Shown one piece after another: positions 9,652 to 21,497 of a stretch of DNA of 64,000 nucleotides (its first letter is position 1; every line of letters starts with the position of its first letter). This DNA is from Nitrosomonas oligotropha (GTDB lineage: Bacteria; Pseudomonadota; Gammaproteobacteria; Burkholderiales; Nitrosomonadaceae), in the NCBI GenBank assembly GCA_008015635.1, contig SSFX01000036.1:6603-70602 (forward strand), given 5' to 3'. The notes below the pieces were generated by a model, which saw only the letters and a program-made list of their open reading frames with translations, was not told where the DNA came from and made no database searches. A program made the position numbers and the translations under genes.

Positions 9652-11715
9652 CTAAAACCGCCATTCCGCTCCGGCATAAACGCCGCGCGGTATATAGACT
9701 GGAAATGAAGGGAGAAAATCGGCAGAGAATTCTCTGTGATTCTGGCTGAACAGGTTTTGCCCGACCACAAATAACTCGACATTCTTGAGGGGGCGATGCA
9801 CCAGTTTGGCGTCCATGGTGACGTAGCCGGGAATCCGGTAGAAATCCACGCTGCTGACATAACGCAACCAAAGATTAAACTGCAATTTTTCCGATAAATC
9901 GTAATTCGAGCGGACGGATACCTGATGTTGCGGACTGACTTTGTCGGCACTGCCGGTTGTCGGGTCGATTCGTCTTAGTGGCGAATCGGAGTGAATATGC
10001 ATATTCAGGTAACTGTAGCTGCTTTGCAGACGCCATTTTTCATTCGGTTTCCATTCAATCGATGCTTCCACCCCATGTGTATGCCCCGAAGCTTTGTTGG
10101 TCAGTCCGACCGGCAGTATCAAGTGAGGCGGGTAGCTTGCGTGAAACAGCGGTAATCCGATAGATAGGTCGCGTAACTGGCTATAATCATTGTAGAAAGC
10201 GGAAATATCGATGGAAGCCTGAGGTGAAAACTGATGCCGGTAACCTATTTCGTAGGCGATTAGCTTTTCCGCATTGAAGTTTGAAGCACCATTGAGTTGT
10301 GCCAAAACCGGAAACGGAAGCAGCGCTGATAAACCGGGAATTGCACCGAGTGTCCGGGTGTTGAGCTGAATATCGTTTTCCGCCCGGGAAGGTGTCCGTA
10401 CTGCGCGAGAAACGGCCATCCAGATCGAGTTTTGTATATCTGGTGTCCACATTAAACGTGCGTTGGGCTGGATTTCCATGCCGGTAAAATCATTGTGATC
10501 AAAACGCGAGCCCAGATTGAGCCGTAAGCGTTCGGGCAATAGCGTGATTTCATCGCGAATGTAAGCACTGGCAAGATGATTGGTTTGCTCACGCGGACTG
10601 AAGGAAATCAACTCGGTGTCGGATACTTTGTTGTGATAAAGACGGTAGTTCGCCCCCCACGTCACATCGTGTTTGTCAAAAAGCGGGAAACGATGTTGCA
10701 AATCAATGTCGAAACTTTCGGCGCTAAAAATCGAGCTGGTTAACAAGCGGTAATCGACGCGATCGTAATACGTTTGCAGCATGATGGCCGATTTTTCCGA
10801 GAACTTCCGGTCCCAGCGCAGGCGGATATTGCCGCCTTCATTATGTCCTCTGGCCGTTTCTGCCTGGATGATTGGCGCGCTCAATTGCGATTTATCCAGC
10901 CGGTCGCCAAAGGCGTTGTAAAAAATATCACCTTGCACGGTAAACAGATCGATGCCGCGCGCATGATCCAGCCGGAAGCCCCCTCTGGCTTGATGCCAAG
11001 CATCGTTGGCGTTTTCCCCGGTGACTGTTTTCATGTGGTCGCGGGTGAATCCCTTGACATAAAAACGGTAGTGCGTGTCGTCGTTGATTTTTCCGCCGTA
11101 GCGCGCGCCCGCAAAGCCGCGCTCAAAGCTGCCGCCGCCCCCGGAGAATAATGCTCCCTGAGTATCGGCAGCTTTTTTGGTGATGATATTGATCACTCCG
11201 TTGACAGCGTTGGCACCCCAGACTGCCGCGTTAGGGCCGCGGATGACTTCGATGCGTTCGATGTCTTCCATCAGTGTATCTTGCTGCTCCCATTGCACCC
11301 CGGCGAACAGCGGATTGTAGACACTGCGGCCATCCATCATGACTTGCAGCTTGTCGGCAAAACGTCCATTGAAGCCGCGTATGCTAATGGCCCATTTGTC
11401 CGTGCCGATGCGTGCGACTTCGACACCGGGCGCCATGCGCAAGGCTTCCGGAATGCTGGTCGCGCCCGAACGGCGAATATCGTCCTGGGTGATGACAAAA
11501 ATGGCGGAGGGAACTTCGGAGAGCTTCTGCGAACGTCTCGATGCGGATGTGACCTCGACTTTCATCAGTTCTTCAATGCTGAGATCCAAGAACTGATTGT
11601 CAACCGGCCGCTTTCCAATAATCGTTCTGTTTTCCGCCGTCACGGCATTGGCCAGACAGCAGAAAACAATGAAGATCGACAACTTCAAATTGAAGGGTAT
11701 TGCCAGATTAAACAT
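9652..11715 (-). CDS. TonB-dependent receptor, copy 3
   Basis: Signal peptide, LDLSIEELM, plug motifs, C-terminal EWRF. Confidence 0.92.
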   Translation of the reverse strand: MFNLAIPFNLKLSIFIVFCCLANAVTAENRTIIGKRPVDNQFLDLSIEELMKVEVTSASRRSQKLSEVPSAIFVITQDDIRRSGATSIPEALRMAPGVEVARIGTDKWAISIRGFNGRFADKLQVMMDGRSVYNPLFAGVQWEQQDTLMEDIERIEVIRGPNAAVWGANAVNGVINIITKKAADTQGALFSGGGGSFERGFAGARYGGKINDDTHYRFYVKGFTRDHMKTVTGENANDAWHQARGGFRLDHARGIDLFTVQGDIFYNAFGDRLDKSQLSAPIIQAETARGHNEGGNIRLRWDRKFSEKSAIMLQTYYDRVDYRLLTSSIFSAESFDIDLQHRFPLFDKHDVTWGANYRLYHNKVSDTELISFSPREQTNHLASAYIRDEITLLPERLRLNLGSRFDHNDFTGMEIQPNARLMWTPDIQNSIWMAVSRAVRTPSRAENDIQLNTRTLGAIPGLSALLPFPVLAQLNGASNFNAEKLIAYEIGYRHQFSPQASIDISAFYNDYSQLRDLSIGLPLFHASYPPHLILPVGLTNKASGHTHGVEASIEWKPNEKWRLQSSYSYLNMHIHSDSPLRRIDPTTGSADKVSPQHQVSVRSNYDLSEKLQFNLWLRYVSSVDFYRIPGYVTMDAKLVHRPLKNVELFVVGQNLFSQNHREFSADFLPSFPVYIPRGVYAGAEWRF

Positions 11716-11866
11716 CGAAACTACAAGCCATTAATTTCCGGTGAGCGCTATCGCGCGGCATTTTTGTCAGAATTTGCCATGATACTTTGTCGGATGGTTC
11801 TTTAAAGCATGAATTACAGCAAATTCAGGCTTGTTTTTCAAAAATTAAGAAAAGCCTTCGGGTTAG

Positions 11867-12006
11867 GGAAGCTCTGAAAAAGGTGGCGAGCGACGGTCAG
11901 GTAAGGCGAAATCAGCTGAAAAAGCGCAGTTTACGAGGGGTAAATGAGCATTTTTAACCTGATGTCAATGCAGCATGGCCGAGCGCGGCAGTTTCTCAGA
12001 ACTTTC
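11867..12006. mobile_element. IS5-type MITE (140 bp)
   Basis: Imperfect terminal inverted repeats GGAAGCTCTGAAAAA / TTTCTCAGAACTTTC, flanked by TTAG / TCAG; homologous to 2778-2891 in opposite orientation. Confidence 0.75.
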
Positions 12007-13950
12007 TCAGGTTTTAGCCGGTGGTTGCGCGGTGATGGACGGTGCAGGCAGGAGTTTTTCTTTTAGCGCCAGAAAAACCCGGTTTCTTCCGGCGTTTTTG
12101 GCTGCATAAAGGGCCTTATCGGCTGCATTGACCAGATGGCCTTCATTTTTCATGCCGGATTCTTTTAGCGCGACACCAATACTAATGGTGATCTGGATAT
12201 TGATTTCACCGATGTTGATTTGCTGTTGGCTTATTTTCTGGCGGAGTCTTTCGGCGAAAAGGATGACCGACTTGGCATCCGAATTTCCAAGCTGGCAGAC
12301 GACCAAGAACTCTTCTCCGCCCATGCGGCAGAAAGTATCGCCTTTGCGCGCAGTTTTCCGGATGACCGCGGATAATTCTTTCAGTACTTTGTCGCCAATC
12401 GCATGGCCGTAGTTATCGTTAATGACTTTGAAATGATCGATGTCGAGCAGCATGACGGCCATCAATTGGTTGGAGCGGTTAGCGATACTCCAGGTTTCCG
12501 CCAGTGTTTCCATGCCGGAGCGCCGGTTCGGTAGCTCCGTGAGCATGTCGGTTAAGGCAAAGTACTCCAGTTTGCGGTTGGTAACCGCCAGCTCAGCGGC
12601 AAAACGCTTGAGTTGTTCGCGATCTTGTTCCCAGGATTCCTGCAGTTGCCGGTAATGCCAAGCCGCCCGCAGCCGGGCACGGAAAGCGCGTATATTGATC
12701 GGTTTGGTGATGTAATCATCCACGCCTGCATCGAATGCTTTGATGACTTCCTCTTCATCTTCGACGCTGGTCAGCATAATGACATATAAATTCTGGCCCC
12801 ACTCGGTTGCGCGCAGAGACCTGGTTAATTCGAGACCGTTCATGACCGGCATCATCCAGTCGGTGATGACAATATGCGGTAAAACGTCCATCGCTAGCGC
12901 CAATGCTTGCTGGCCGTCATTGCTGGTGAATACGGTATGACCGAGCACGTTGGCAAGCAATTCTTTGGTAAGAATCAAACTGGACGGATCATCTTCCACT
13001 AACAAGATGCGCAGTGAGGCGGCATTCGTGGCATTTTCCGGGCGCGGCGCGGATGCGTTCATCATTTTATGGAACGGCAGAGGAAAATCCATGACCGGGA
13101 TCTTGAGTATTTTTCCCCATGCGTGCCATTCTTGGATGATCTGATCGATAAAGGCGCCGAATGTTTCCGTATCCAAGCCAATTTTTCCACCCAGTAGCAA
13201 TAGTGCGGAGATACGCTGGTTGCGTTCGGATTCTTCGGTTAAAGCAAAATCGGCGATTTGTTTCGCCAGATACAGCAGATGCACAATCTGGTGCGGCCGG
13301 GAGCCTTCGGAAAAACCGGATTCATCGGGTTTCTCATGATAGTAAATGGACTCCACAAAGATCGCCGGAAAGCCGAAATTGATCAGCATGGCCGCCGTCA
13401 ATTCGTTATGATCGGTTTGCAGATACTGTTGTTCCAATTGATTCAGCGTAATGTCAGGCGATTGTTTCTGCAGTAGCTCGGAATACTTTTCCGGATAAAT
13501 TGAAGCTAATGCCAAGCAGCCGATACGCATCATCAAACCGCAAGCAAACAACTCATCGGGAGCACATACGCGAGTTACTTTGCCCAGTTCCTGCATGGCA
13601 ATCGCCATCAATAATGAATGTGACCAGAATTGCTGGTAATCAAATCCCTTGCCGGGGTTTTTCTGATATTGATCGATCAATGAAAAACCCATGGCTAATT
13701 GCTTGACGGCAATCAAACCGACGCGGGATACTGCGTCGGACACCGATGAGACAGCGCGCGCAGTTTGTTTGGTGGCATTGGCGCGTTGAATCAGGCGGCC
13801 CGAGAGCGCCGGATCGGTCTGGATCAGTTTGGTGATTTCACTAATGGTGACATCCTCTTGCCGGCAGGCTTCCAGCAGGGCGAGCGCTACGCCTTTGGGA
13901 CTGGGCAGTGCGGTGCTGATGTTTAACTGATTGATATCAGCTACTTTCAT
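12007..13950 (-). CDS. HDOD-REC-GGDEF diguanylate cyclase
   Basis: HDOD (LPSP, DPALSGRLI, FWSHS), REC (LLVEDD, ITDWMMP, KP), GGEEF with RKGD I-site; start MKVADIN at 13950 overlaps upstream stop. Confidence 0.9.
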   Translation of the reverse strand: MKVADINQLNISTALPSPKGVALALLEACRQEDVTISEITKLIQTDPALSGRLIQRANATKQTARAVSSVSDAVSRVGLIAVKQLAMGFSLIDQYQKNPGKGFDYQQFWSHSLLMAIAMQELGKVTRVCAPDELFACGLMMRIGCLALASIYPEKYSELLQKQSPDITLNQLEQQYLQTDHNELTAAMLINFGFPAIFVESIYYHEKPDESGFSEGSRPHQIVHLLYLAKQIADFALTEESERNQRISALLLLGGKIGLDTETFGAFIDQIIQEWHAWGKILKIPVMDFPLPFHKMMNASAPRPENATNAASLRILLVEDDPSSLILTKELLANVLGHTVFTSNDGQQALALAMDVLPHIVITDWMMPVMNGLELTRSLRATEWGQNLYVIMLTSVEDEEEVIKAFDAGVDDYITKPINIRAFRARLRAAWHYRQLQESWEQDREQLKRFAAELAVTNRKLEYFALTDMLTELPNRRSGMETLAETWSIANRSNQLMAVMLLDIDHFKVINDNYGHAIGDKVLKELSAVIRKTARKGDTFCRMGGEEFLVVCQLGNSDAKSVILFAERLRQKISQQQINIGEINIQITISIGVALKESGMKNEGHLVNAADKALYAAKNAGRNRVFLALKEKLLPAPSITAQPPAKT

Positions 13951-16057
13951 GATCGACTCCGTTCGGTCTGAGTGGCTGGATAGACCACTGCTTATCGGTG
14001 AGCGCAAGCATTTCTTGCATCGTGATCGGCTTGCTGAAATAGTAGCCTTGCAAAGTTTCACAGCCAAAATATTTCAAGACCTGCGCCTGATTCAGTGACT
14101 CGATACCTTCGGCGGTAACGGAAAAGCCAAGATTTTTCGATAACGAAATAATCGCCCGGACAATCGCGAGATTTTCTTTTTTATCCAGCAAGCCGCGCAC
14201 AAAGCTCTGATCCACTTTGATGTTATTAATGGGTAAGCGCTTTAAATAATTCATCGACGAATAACCAGTGCCGAAATCATCCAAAGCGATTTGGATATGA
14301 TGTTCACGCAATGCAAGCAGTGTTGCCAAGGTATTCTCGCTATGTTCCATCAAGGCGCCCTCGGTAATTTCCAATACCAGCTTGTCTGGCGGAAAACCGG
14401 TTTCCACCAGGATATCGAGCACATTTTTAACAAAATCGGGATTCTTAATTTGCAGCGGCGAGAGGTTGACCGCAACCTGTAACGGCCGTCCGCGTTGATG
14501 CCATTGCGCGGCTTCGGTGCAGGCGGTTCGCAGCACCCAGTCACCGATCGGAATAATCAAGCCGTTTTCTTCCGCCAGCGGAATAAAGTCAAGCGGCGAA
14601 ATAAGCCCTTGTTTAGGATGTTGCCAGCGGATCAGCGCTTCCACCGATTGGAAGTTTTCCTCCGCTACATCCAGTTGCGGCTGGTAGACAAGATAAAGTT
14701 CATTCTGTTGTAATGCATTGCGTAAATCATTTTCCAGATGCATGCGTTTCTCGGCTTGAAAGGTCAAGTCGACGTTATAGAACTGACAATTATCCCTGCC
14801 TTCATTCTTGGCGTGATACATCGCTGTATCCGCATGCTTGAGTAAAGTTTCCGCGTCTGCGCCATCGTCCGGATACAAAGCAATTCCGATGCTGGCGGTT
14901 AACACGACATCGCGGCTCTCAAGCTGAAAAGGGCGGCGCATGGCTTCGCGGATGCGATGCGCCAGAATCAATGCATCTTCGGCGCGCGGCAGATTGGGAA
15001 TGACAACCGTAAATTCATCACCGCCGAGGCGAGCAAGTTTAACTTCCGGCTGCTCGGCATTGTTGCGGGAAACAAAGTCGGAAGGGCGCGTGCTGCTCTG
15101 CAACCGTTCGGCCGCCCACTGTAGAATGGTGTCGCCAGTATTGTGCCCCATGGTGTCGTTGATACTTTTGAATCCATCCAAATCGAGAAACAGTACCGCT
15201 AATTTGTTACCCGTAAATTGGGCGCGTTTGATTTCTCCCTCCAGGCGTTCCATGAACGATTGACGATTGGGCAATCCGGTCAGATTATCGAAATAAGCGA
15301 GGTGAAATATTTTGTTTTCGGAGTCTTTGCGTTCCGTGATATCGCGCAGCAGGCAAAGTGTTTCCTTGGGGTCAATAACCACGATACGGTTTTCATAGTA
15401 TCTGGTTTTGCCATCGGCCAGTTTGAGCGGGTACTCGAAAAGCTCCACCGTGCCATGGCGGCGCGCACGATCAGCCGCACCTAGATAAAGGCCGACAATT
15501 TGTTCCGGTAAGCTTTGGCTCAATGTGCTTGCCGCACCGGAAGTCAACCAGGGTGTGTTATCAGGATGGCTGCAGATATCGATGATCTTGCCTTTATCGT
15601 TCAAGATGAACATGGTATCGGGGATAGCGCTGAAAATGGCTGTGCTGCGCGCATTGGCAACTTTGAGCGCGAGCATGTTCAGATAGCCTCGCCGCAAATA
15701 TAAAATGCGATAGGCGATCAGATTCCAGTTGATGGGCTTGGCGATAAAGTCAGTTGCGCCGGCTTCAAAGGAACGGTTGATCGATTGCATATCATCCATT
15801 CCGGTGACCATCATGATGGGTAATTCGTCGCCTATTTTCTCCCGTAAATACGAACAAACTGCATAACCGTCCATACCCGGCATTTCAACATCCAGCATGA
15901 CCATATCCGCAGGTCCTGCTTCAAACAAGCGAACCGCTTCCACGCCGTCGCATGCCACGGTGACATTGAAGCCTGCTTTTTCTAAAGCGGCCTGCATGAG
16001 CAGTCTGACCGTCGCATCATCGTCGGCCAGTAGGATTCTGAAAGATTCTGTTGTCAC
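13937..16057 (-). CDS. REC-PAS-GGDEF-EAL c-di-GMP cyclase/phosphodiesterase
   Basis: REC (LADDD, LDVEMP), PAS, RLGGDEF, VEALIRW and DDFGTGYSS. Confidence 0.92.
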   Translation of the reverse strand: MTTESFRILLADDDATVRLLMQAALEKAGFNVTVACDGVEAVRLFEAGPADMVMLDVEMPGMDGYAVCSYLREKIGDELPIMMVTGMDDMQSINRSFEAGATDFIAKPINWNLIAYRILYLRRGYLNMLALKVANARSTAIFSAIPDTMFILNDKGKIIDICSHPDNTPWLTSGAASTLSQSLPEQIVGLYLGAADRARRHGTVELFEYPLKLADGKTRYYENRIVVIDPKETLCLLRDITERKDSENKIFHLAYFDNLTGLPNRQSFMERLEGEIKRAQFTGNKLAVLFLDLDGFKSINDTMGHNTGDTILQWAAERLQSSTRPSDFVSRNNAEQPEVKLARLGGDEFTVVIPNLPRAEDALILAHRIREAMRRPFQLESRDVVLTASIGIALYPDDGADAETLLKHADTAMYHAKNEGRDNCQFYNVDLTFQAEKRMHLENDLRNALQQNELYLVYQPQLDVAEENFQSVEALIRWQHPKQGLISPLDFIPLAEENGLIIPIGDWVLRTACTEAAQWHQRGRPLQVAVNLSPLQIKNPDFVKNVLDILVETGFPPDKLVLEITEGALMEHSENTLATLLALREHHIQIALDDFGTGYSSMNYLKRLPINNIKVDQSFVRGLLDKKENLAIVRAIISLSKNLGFSVTAEGIESLNQAQVLKYFGCETLQGYYFSKPITMQEMLALTDKQWSIQPLRPNGVDHESS

Positions 16058-18816
16058 GATGGATTGAGTATTTTTTTAATCTCGGTAATTACGCTTTGGT
16101 ATTGTTGCTGCATGTGTTGTTGTAGCGTTTGCGCATGAGCGAGTTCTCCCGATCGGCCATCCGCTTCCAATTGTTTAAAGATGGCGGATAAGTCTTCGGC
16201 GCCAATATTGCCCGAACTGGATTTTAACGCATGGGCCGTTTGGCGCAGGCTATCGGCATCACAATTTAAAATGGCCTGTTCAAGCTGACGGATATTGCTT
16301 TCAGCGGATTCGAGAAAGGCTTGCAGAATTTTGTTCAATAAGCTATCTCCGCCCGATGAATCAAGTTCACGGATTTGATTCAGTCGCGTTGGATTGAGTG
16401 CAGGCATAATGTTAGCATCATGTTTCATATCAATAGCTTCTAATTTTACAGCATTCAATGAGTTACTTTTTTCTTTAGATAACCAATCGGTGATTTTTTG
16501 CTGTAATTGATCGATTGAGTAGGGCTTGGAAAGAAAGTCGTTCATTCCGGCATTTAAGCAACGCGTGCGATCATCTTCAGTTGCATTTGCCGTCAGTGCA
16601 ATGATGGGGATGTTGCTGAATTGCTTGCGGATTTCCGAAGTTGCTTCAAAACCATCCATCACCGGCATTTGACAATCCATGAGAATAATATCGTACGGAT
16701 TGCTGTAAACCAGTTCTACCGCTTGTTTGCCATCGTTCGCAATGGATGTCTCCATGCCAAGTCTGTTCAGCATTGCTTTAGCCACTTCCTGATTGACCGG
16801 ATTGTCTTCGGCGACCAGAATCCTGCCCTTTATTCCGGACATAAGCTGAGCTGGCGGAGCTTGCTCAATAACAGCTTCTGTGACCGATTGGGCGAGATCG
16901 CGGCCCATTACGTCACGGATAATTTCAAATAGCTCCTTCTGGCGGATTGGCTTATTGACGCAACGTAAAATCCCGATGCTTTGTCTTTCCAGCTGGCTTG
17001 CATCACTATGGGTTGAAGTGAGCATCATCATGCGCGTTTTGCGCATGCCGGGGTGCGCATAAATTTTATCGGCCAATTGCAAGCCATTCATTTTGGGCAT
17101 ATGCATGTCCAATATGGCTAAATGAAAGGCTTCGTTGTTTTCCAGCGCCTTGTTCATGAACATGAGCGCTTGGTCGGCTCCATTGGCGCACACAACGTTA
17201 ATTTGCCAGTTTTGCAACTGTATTTTAAGAATCTCCCGGTTGGTTTGATTGTCATCGACAACCAATGCCCTGATGCCAATTAAATCGGCCATATTGGAGG
17301 AATGGCTGTATTCCAGTTGCGATTTTTCCAGCGGCACATGTATCCAGAATTTGGAACCTTGACCCGGCAAGCTTTCGACATGGATGCTTCCACCCATCAG
17401 TTCCAATAATCGTTTACAGATCGTTAATCCGAGTCCCGTTCCGCCATACTGGCGCGTTGTAGAACCATCGGCTTGAGAGAAATGCTGGAAGATCTTGTCA
17501 TGATACTCCGCAGGAATACCGATCCCGGTATCTTCCACGCATATACTGATATTTGATCGTGTCGCCGATTCATTGGTCAGTGTGGTGCGGATGACTACTT
17601 CGCCCTCTGAAGTGAATTTGATGGCATTGTTAAGCAGATTCGCGATGATCTGACGTAAACGGAATGAGTCTCCGCGCACCATGAAGGCGATATTGGGCGG
17701 GGTAAACTGTGCCGCCAGCTCTAGGCCTTTTTTATCAGCGGGTTGCGCGAACATGGCCAGTGTGTCTTCAATCATCTTGACCAAATCAAAATCAATGATT
17801 TCCAATTCCATGTGATCCGACTCGATTTTGGAGAAATCAAGAATGTCGTTAATGATGCCCAAAAGATGCTGTCCCGAGCTCTGTACAGTATCTGCAAAAC
17901 GGCGCTGATCCTTGTCCAGGTGTGTATCCAGTAACAGCTCGGTCATACCCAGAATGCCGTTCATCGGCGTACGGATCTCGTGGCTCATCGTGGCCAGAAA
18001 TTCACTTTTTGCTTTACTCGCGGCTTCAGCGGATTCTTTCGCCAGCACCAGTTCGGCGGTTCTTTTTGTGACTTCGTCTTCGAGGTGATCGAGATGGTTT
18101 GCCAGCTTTGCATCGCGTTCTTGGATCATCTCGAGCATGTTATTGAATCCCTTCGATAAGGTATTCAATTCGGCGATGGCTCCCAGTCTCAATCGTGTGG
18201 TGTAATCGGCCTTGCTGGTGACGTGTTCCATGACCGAAGAGAGGTCTTTGAGGGGATCCAGCACGGAGCGGTTAAGCCGTTGCAGCATCAGGTTGGCAAT
18301 GATTAGAGCAAGGAAAGCTGCGGCGATGGTAATGACAACATACCAAAGAATCTGCCAGTAAAGCGGAGATAAAGTTATTTCCAGATAAAGGCCGCCCAAA
18401 AGCTGATCGTTGAAGTAAATGGGCTGCGTAATGGTTAATAAGTGTGTATCCGATGCATAGCTTTCATTTAAAGAGGATAAGGTTTCCGGGAGTGATTTAT
18501 TTTCAACTGAGTACTGCGCGAATTGCTTCTTTTCTTCAGTATAGATCGCCGCAGCCTGGACTTCCGGGGTATTGTTGAGCGAATGTAACAGCGTTTTGGC
18601 AGTGGTCGTGTCCTGGAACATCAAGGTTGCTACCGCGTTTTCGGCCAGTAATTTTGCCGTCGATTGACTGGTTTGCAGTAACGAGAAGAAACTGATGAAG
18701 AAGTTGCTCAAGATAACCAGTGTTGCAACCAGCAGCATCGCTGTGCCCTGGGTGGCAAAGCTGATTTGTTGCAATTTGGCGCGTAACGTTACAGCAGTTG
18801 ACGATTGATCCTTCAT
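16054..18816 (-). CDS. Hybrid sensor histidine kinase: TM-periplasmic YfiN-like (CHASE8-type) sensor-TM-HAMP-HisKA-HATPase-REC-REC-Hpt
   Basis: [34 protein letters not shown], two REC domains, Hpt [13 protein letters not shown]; periplasmic [13 protein letters not shown]...A...L..L...PEVQAAAIY resembles YfiN sensor. Confidence 0.92.
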   Translation of the reverse strand: MKDQSSTAVTLRAKLQQISFATQGTAMLLVATLVILSNFFISFFSLLQTSQSTAKLLAENAVATLMFQDTTTAKTLLHSLNNTPEVQAAAIYTEEKKQFAQYSVENKSLPETLSSLNESYASDTHLLTITQPIYFNDQLLGGLYLEITLSPLYWQILWYVVITIAAAFLALIIANLMLQRLNRSVLDPLKDLSSVMEHVTSKADYTTRLRLGAIAELNTLSKGFNNMLEMIQERDAKLANHLDHLEDEVTKRTAELVLAKESAEAASKAKSEFLATMSHEIRTPMNGILGMTELLLDTHLDKDQRRFADTVQSSGQHLLGIINDILDFSKIESDHMELEIIDFDLVKMIEDTLAMFAQPADKKGLELAAQFTPPNIAFMVRGDSFRLRQIIANLLNNAIKFTSEGEVVIRTTLTNESATRSNISICVEDTGIGIPAEYHDKIFQHFSQADGSTTRQYGGTGLGLTICKRLLELMGGSIHVESLPGQGSKFWIHVPLEKSQLEYSHSSNMADLIGIRALVVDDNQTNREILKIQLQNWQINVVCANGADQALMFMNKALENNEAFHLAILDMHMPKMNGLQLADKIYAHPGMRKTRMMMLTSTHSDASQLERQSIGILRCVNKPIRQKELFEIIRDVMGRDLAQSVTEAVIEQAPPAQLMSGIKGRILVAEDNPVNQEVAKAMLNRLGMETSIANDGKQAVELVYSNPYDIILMDCQMPVMDGFEATSEIRKQFSNIPIIALTANATEDDRTRCLNAGMNDFLSKPYSIDQLQQKITDWLSKEKSNSLNAVKLEAIDMKHDANIMPALNPTRLNQIRELDSSGGDSLLNKILQAFLESAESNIRQLEQAILNCDADSLRQTAHALKSSSGNIGAEDLSAIFKQLEADGRSGELAHAQTLQQHMQQQYQSVITEIKKILNPS

Positions 18817-19407
18817 TATTGATATACCTCACTGGCGAAACGTAGTAATTGAGAGCTGAGTTTTAAGCCACTTCTTTTTGCGCTGGCAATATTGGCTTCA
18901 AAGGTTACTTTACCTTCTTTGATAGACATGTTGATTACAACACCTTGCAGACTGGCATTAGGGCTATCACTGATGGTTAATATCGGCTTCCCGTTCAATT
19001 GATTGAGGATGGCATTAAGGTCGTGCATGGCGGATCTGGAGATAAAAACTATCCGGCACATGGAAAGATCCTCGATGCGCTGTGTATGTCGAATCAATAT
19101 TTCCTGCTCATTGGTTTTTTTGCCCCGTAAATGCTGCAAATGCTCACCGAATGGATCTTCACCATAGATACAGAAATTCAAATTGGGATTCTGCTGATCC
19201 GGCCACTCAGTATAAGCAATAAAATTGTATAGGAAAGCCACTTTTAAGCGATATTCCGGCGGTTGCTCAGCGTATGTCCCTGGTGAATAAGTCAATAATA
19301 TGCAGCATAACGCAAGAATGGGGAAATGACGAAGGTAAGATTGGTTGCTATTGTGACGATAGCCCAAAGCACTGGCAGCCTGCTTAACCAAACTATAGTC
19401 CGGCATA
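18816..19407 (-). CDS. yfiR: YfiR family (DUF4154) protein, copy 3
   Basis: [46 protein letters not shown]; start uncertain (between ~19300 and 19478). Confidence 0.85.
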
Positions 19408-19478
19408 GGCCAAACTTTCGCTATGCGATCGATGAGCTGGCGGAATTTTGGGAGCAGGCAAGTCATATCGGCGCGCAC

Positions 19479-21485
19479 TTAAAAACGGTAATCCAATCTG
19501 AAACGAACCGTCCGACCAGGCTGCCAGAAAGTGTTTTGCCAATTGGAATCCGCTGCCGGATGCAGATGTTTTCGTTAAATAAGTTATAAATACTGAGCGA
19601 AGCTTCCAGCCCTTTCACCCGGGCAACATGGGTGACCAGATTGAGATTGGCAAGAACATGGCTATCGGTATTACTGCCGTCGAGCGTTTTACGCTTGCCG
19701 TAGTATTGCAATTCATAGCCAGCGCGCATGCCGCTAATCAGCGGGATGGGGATGGAAATATTAATTTTCCCCAAATGATACGGCGAATTGACTAAATGGG
19801 AATCGTGTTGTTCGGCGTTCTGGATACCATAGCTTGCGCGCAACCGGCCTCCGAAATCCGATGTTTTATCGAGAGATAGCTCAGCTCCTCTGGCTAAAAC
19901 TCTTTTTCCAGTTTGTTGATATTGCGACAGCCCGCTGACCGGATCAACACCCAGTGTGATGATATTGTGCATATCCCATTGATAAACCGTTGCGCGCAGA
20001 TTCATACTGGGCAGTGGCAGGTAATCCGCCACAAACTCAGTGGTATCAGCCATTTCGCTCTGTAATTCCGGATTGGTCACTTGGTAGGCGCCATCGCTGT
20101 AATTTCGCTCGAACGAATTGGGTGCGCGATGTGAGCGGCCGTACAGCGCCTTAAATGTGGTTTTCGGAGTCGCTTGCCAGATCAATGCCCCACGCGGGCT
20201 AAACACGCTATCTATCCACTTGTAGTGGTCATAACGCAGTCCCGCGGTTACCGACAGAGTGTCGTTGATGCGCCACTCATCTTGAATGTAGACGCCCATC
20301 CGCAGCAAGGAATTGTGAATCGCGATATTCTGAACGGGATTGTCGAAATTCTGAAAAGCTTGTTTGATGCCGGTGTTGTTCTGATATTCAACACCGAACA
20401 TTAACTTATGATTGGCGATTGCAGTTGAAAGCAGGCGCAATTCGGCGCCGTGCCAATCGCAGGGGCCGGTGGATAAAGTTCTCCCGCCGCTGTAGACCAT
20501 CGGGTTATCGTAGCGGTATTGGCCGAGAAACAGCCGGCCAAGCACGTTCAACGTATCGTTGGCGAAATGATCGTTATATTGAATTTGCGCATTGAGACGG
20601 CGATCGCGCTGAAACTGACCGGTAACTAGCGGATCCGATAAATAAGCGCCCGTTGGATCTTCTTTTTTCCGGTTCCCGTAGATGAAGTCAAATGAAAGCG
20701 GGCCGTACGAAGCGCGGGCAAACATCTGTTTGATGTTCTCTCCATCCATGTGCCGCGCCACCCCGGATAGGCCGGAATCACCAAATTCAAAAAACCGGTT
20801 TACTCCCCTGGACTGAAGGCCCGAAAAGGAAATTAATGCATCCGCACCATTATCGAATTGCTTGCCCAAGGTGACGCGTTCTTGCGGCATCAATTCCGCT
20901 GTCTGATATGACGCGGAGAGTTCGGTGCCTTTCACGCCGGCGCCCTTGCGGGTAATAATATTAACCGCGCCGAGCATGGCATTCAAACCGTATATTGTAC
21001 TGCCAGACCAGTGAATAAATTCAATCCGCTTAATTAAGTCGATATCGAGCGGAGAATCCCATCCCGTAGGGCCTAGATAGTAGGTCGCGTCATTGATGCG
21101 ATTGCCATTAATCGTAATCAGTACACGAGAATTGAATTCTCCGGGCTGACTGAAGCCTCGTGTACCTAGGTTATTCATATTGATAATCGTATGTGGTATG
21201 AATACCGGGTGGGCTTGCCAATGCCTGATTCAGTGAGCGCCAGCCATAGGTGCGGATATCCATGCGTGTAATCACACTGACGGCGGCAGCAGTTTGCTGT
21301 TGCTTTTGCTCATATTTTGAGGCGCACACGATATAGATATCCATTAATTCTTCTATGCTTATCTGCTCTAAATTCTTGGCGGCATAGCCAGGTATCGCTT
21401 GAGTGAAAAGCAGGGATAGCAGCAATGCTTTATAGCGTTGCATTGCTGCGGGTGTTTTTTGCTTGTAAGGCTGTTTAAATAACAT
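19479..21485 (-). pseudogene. TonB-dependent receptor copy 4, frameshifted paralogue of 21498-23501
   Basis: Relative to copy 5, +1 A at ~21171 (TATGAATAACCTAGG vs TATGAATACCTGGG) and -1 T at ~19568 (GAAAACATCTGCAT vs GAAAACTATTTGCAC); restored frame ends LDYRF* at 19479. Confidence 0.85.
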
Positions 21486-21497
21486 ATCGACGTGCGC

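Noticed and set aside
9650-9871. N-terminal extension of ORF 7547..9871
   Set aside because: Overlaps the 3' end of TBDR3 in another frame; ATG 9649 gives a normal signal-peptide start
13951-14067. N-terminal extension of ORF 12007..14067
   Set aside because: Lies inside the EAL gene; the HDOD domain begins after ATG 13950
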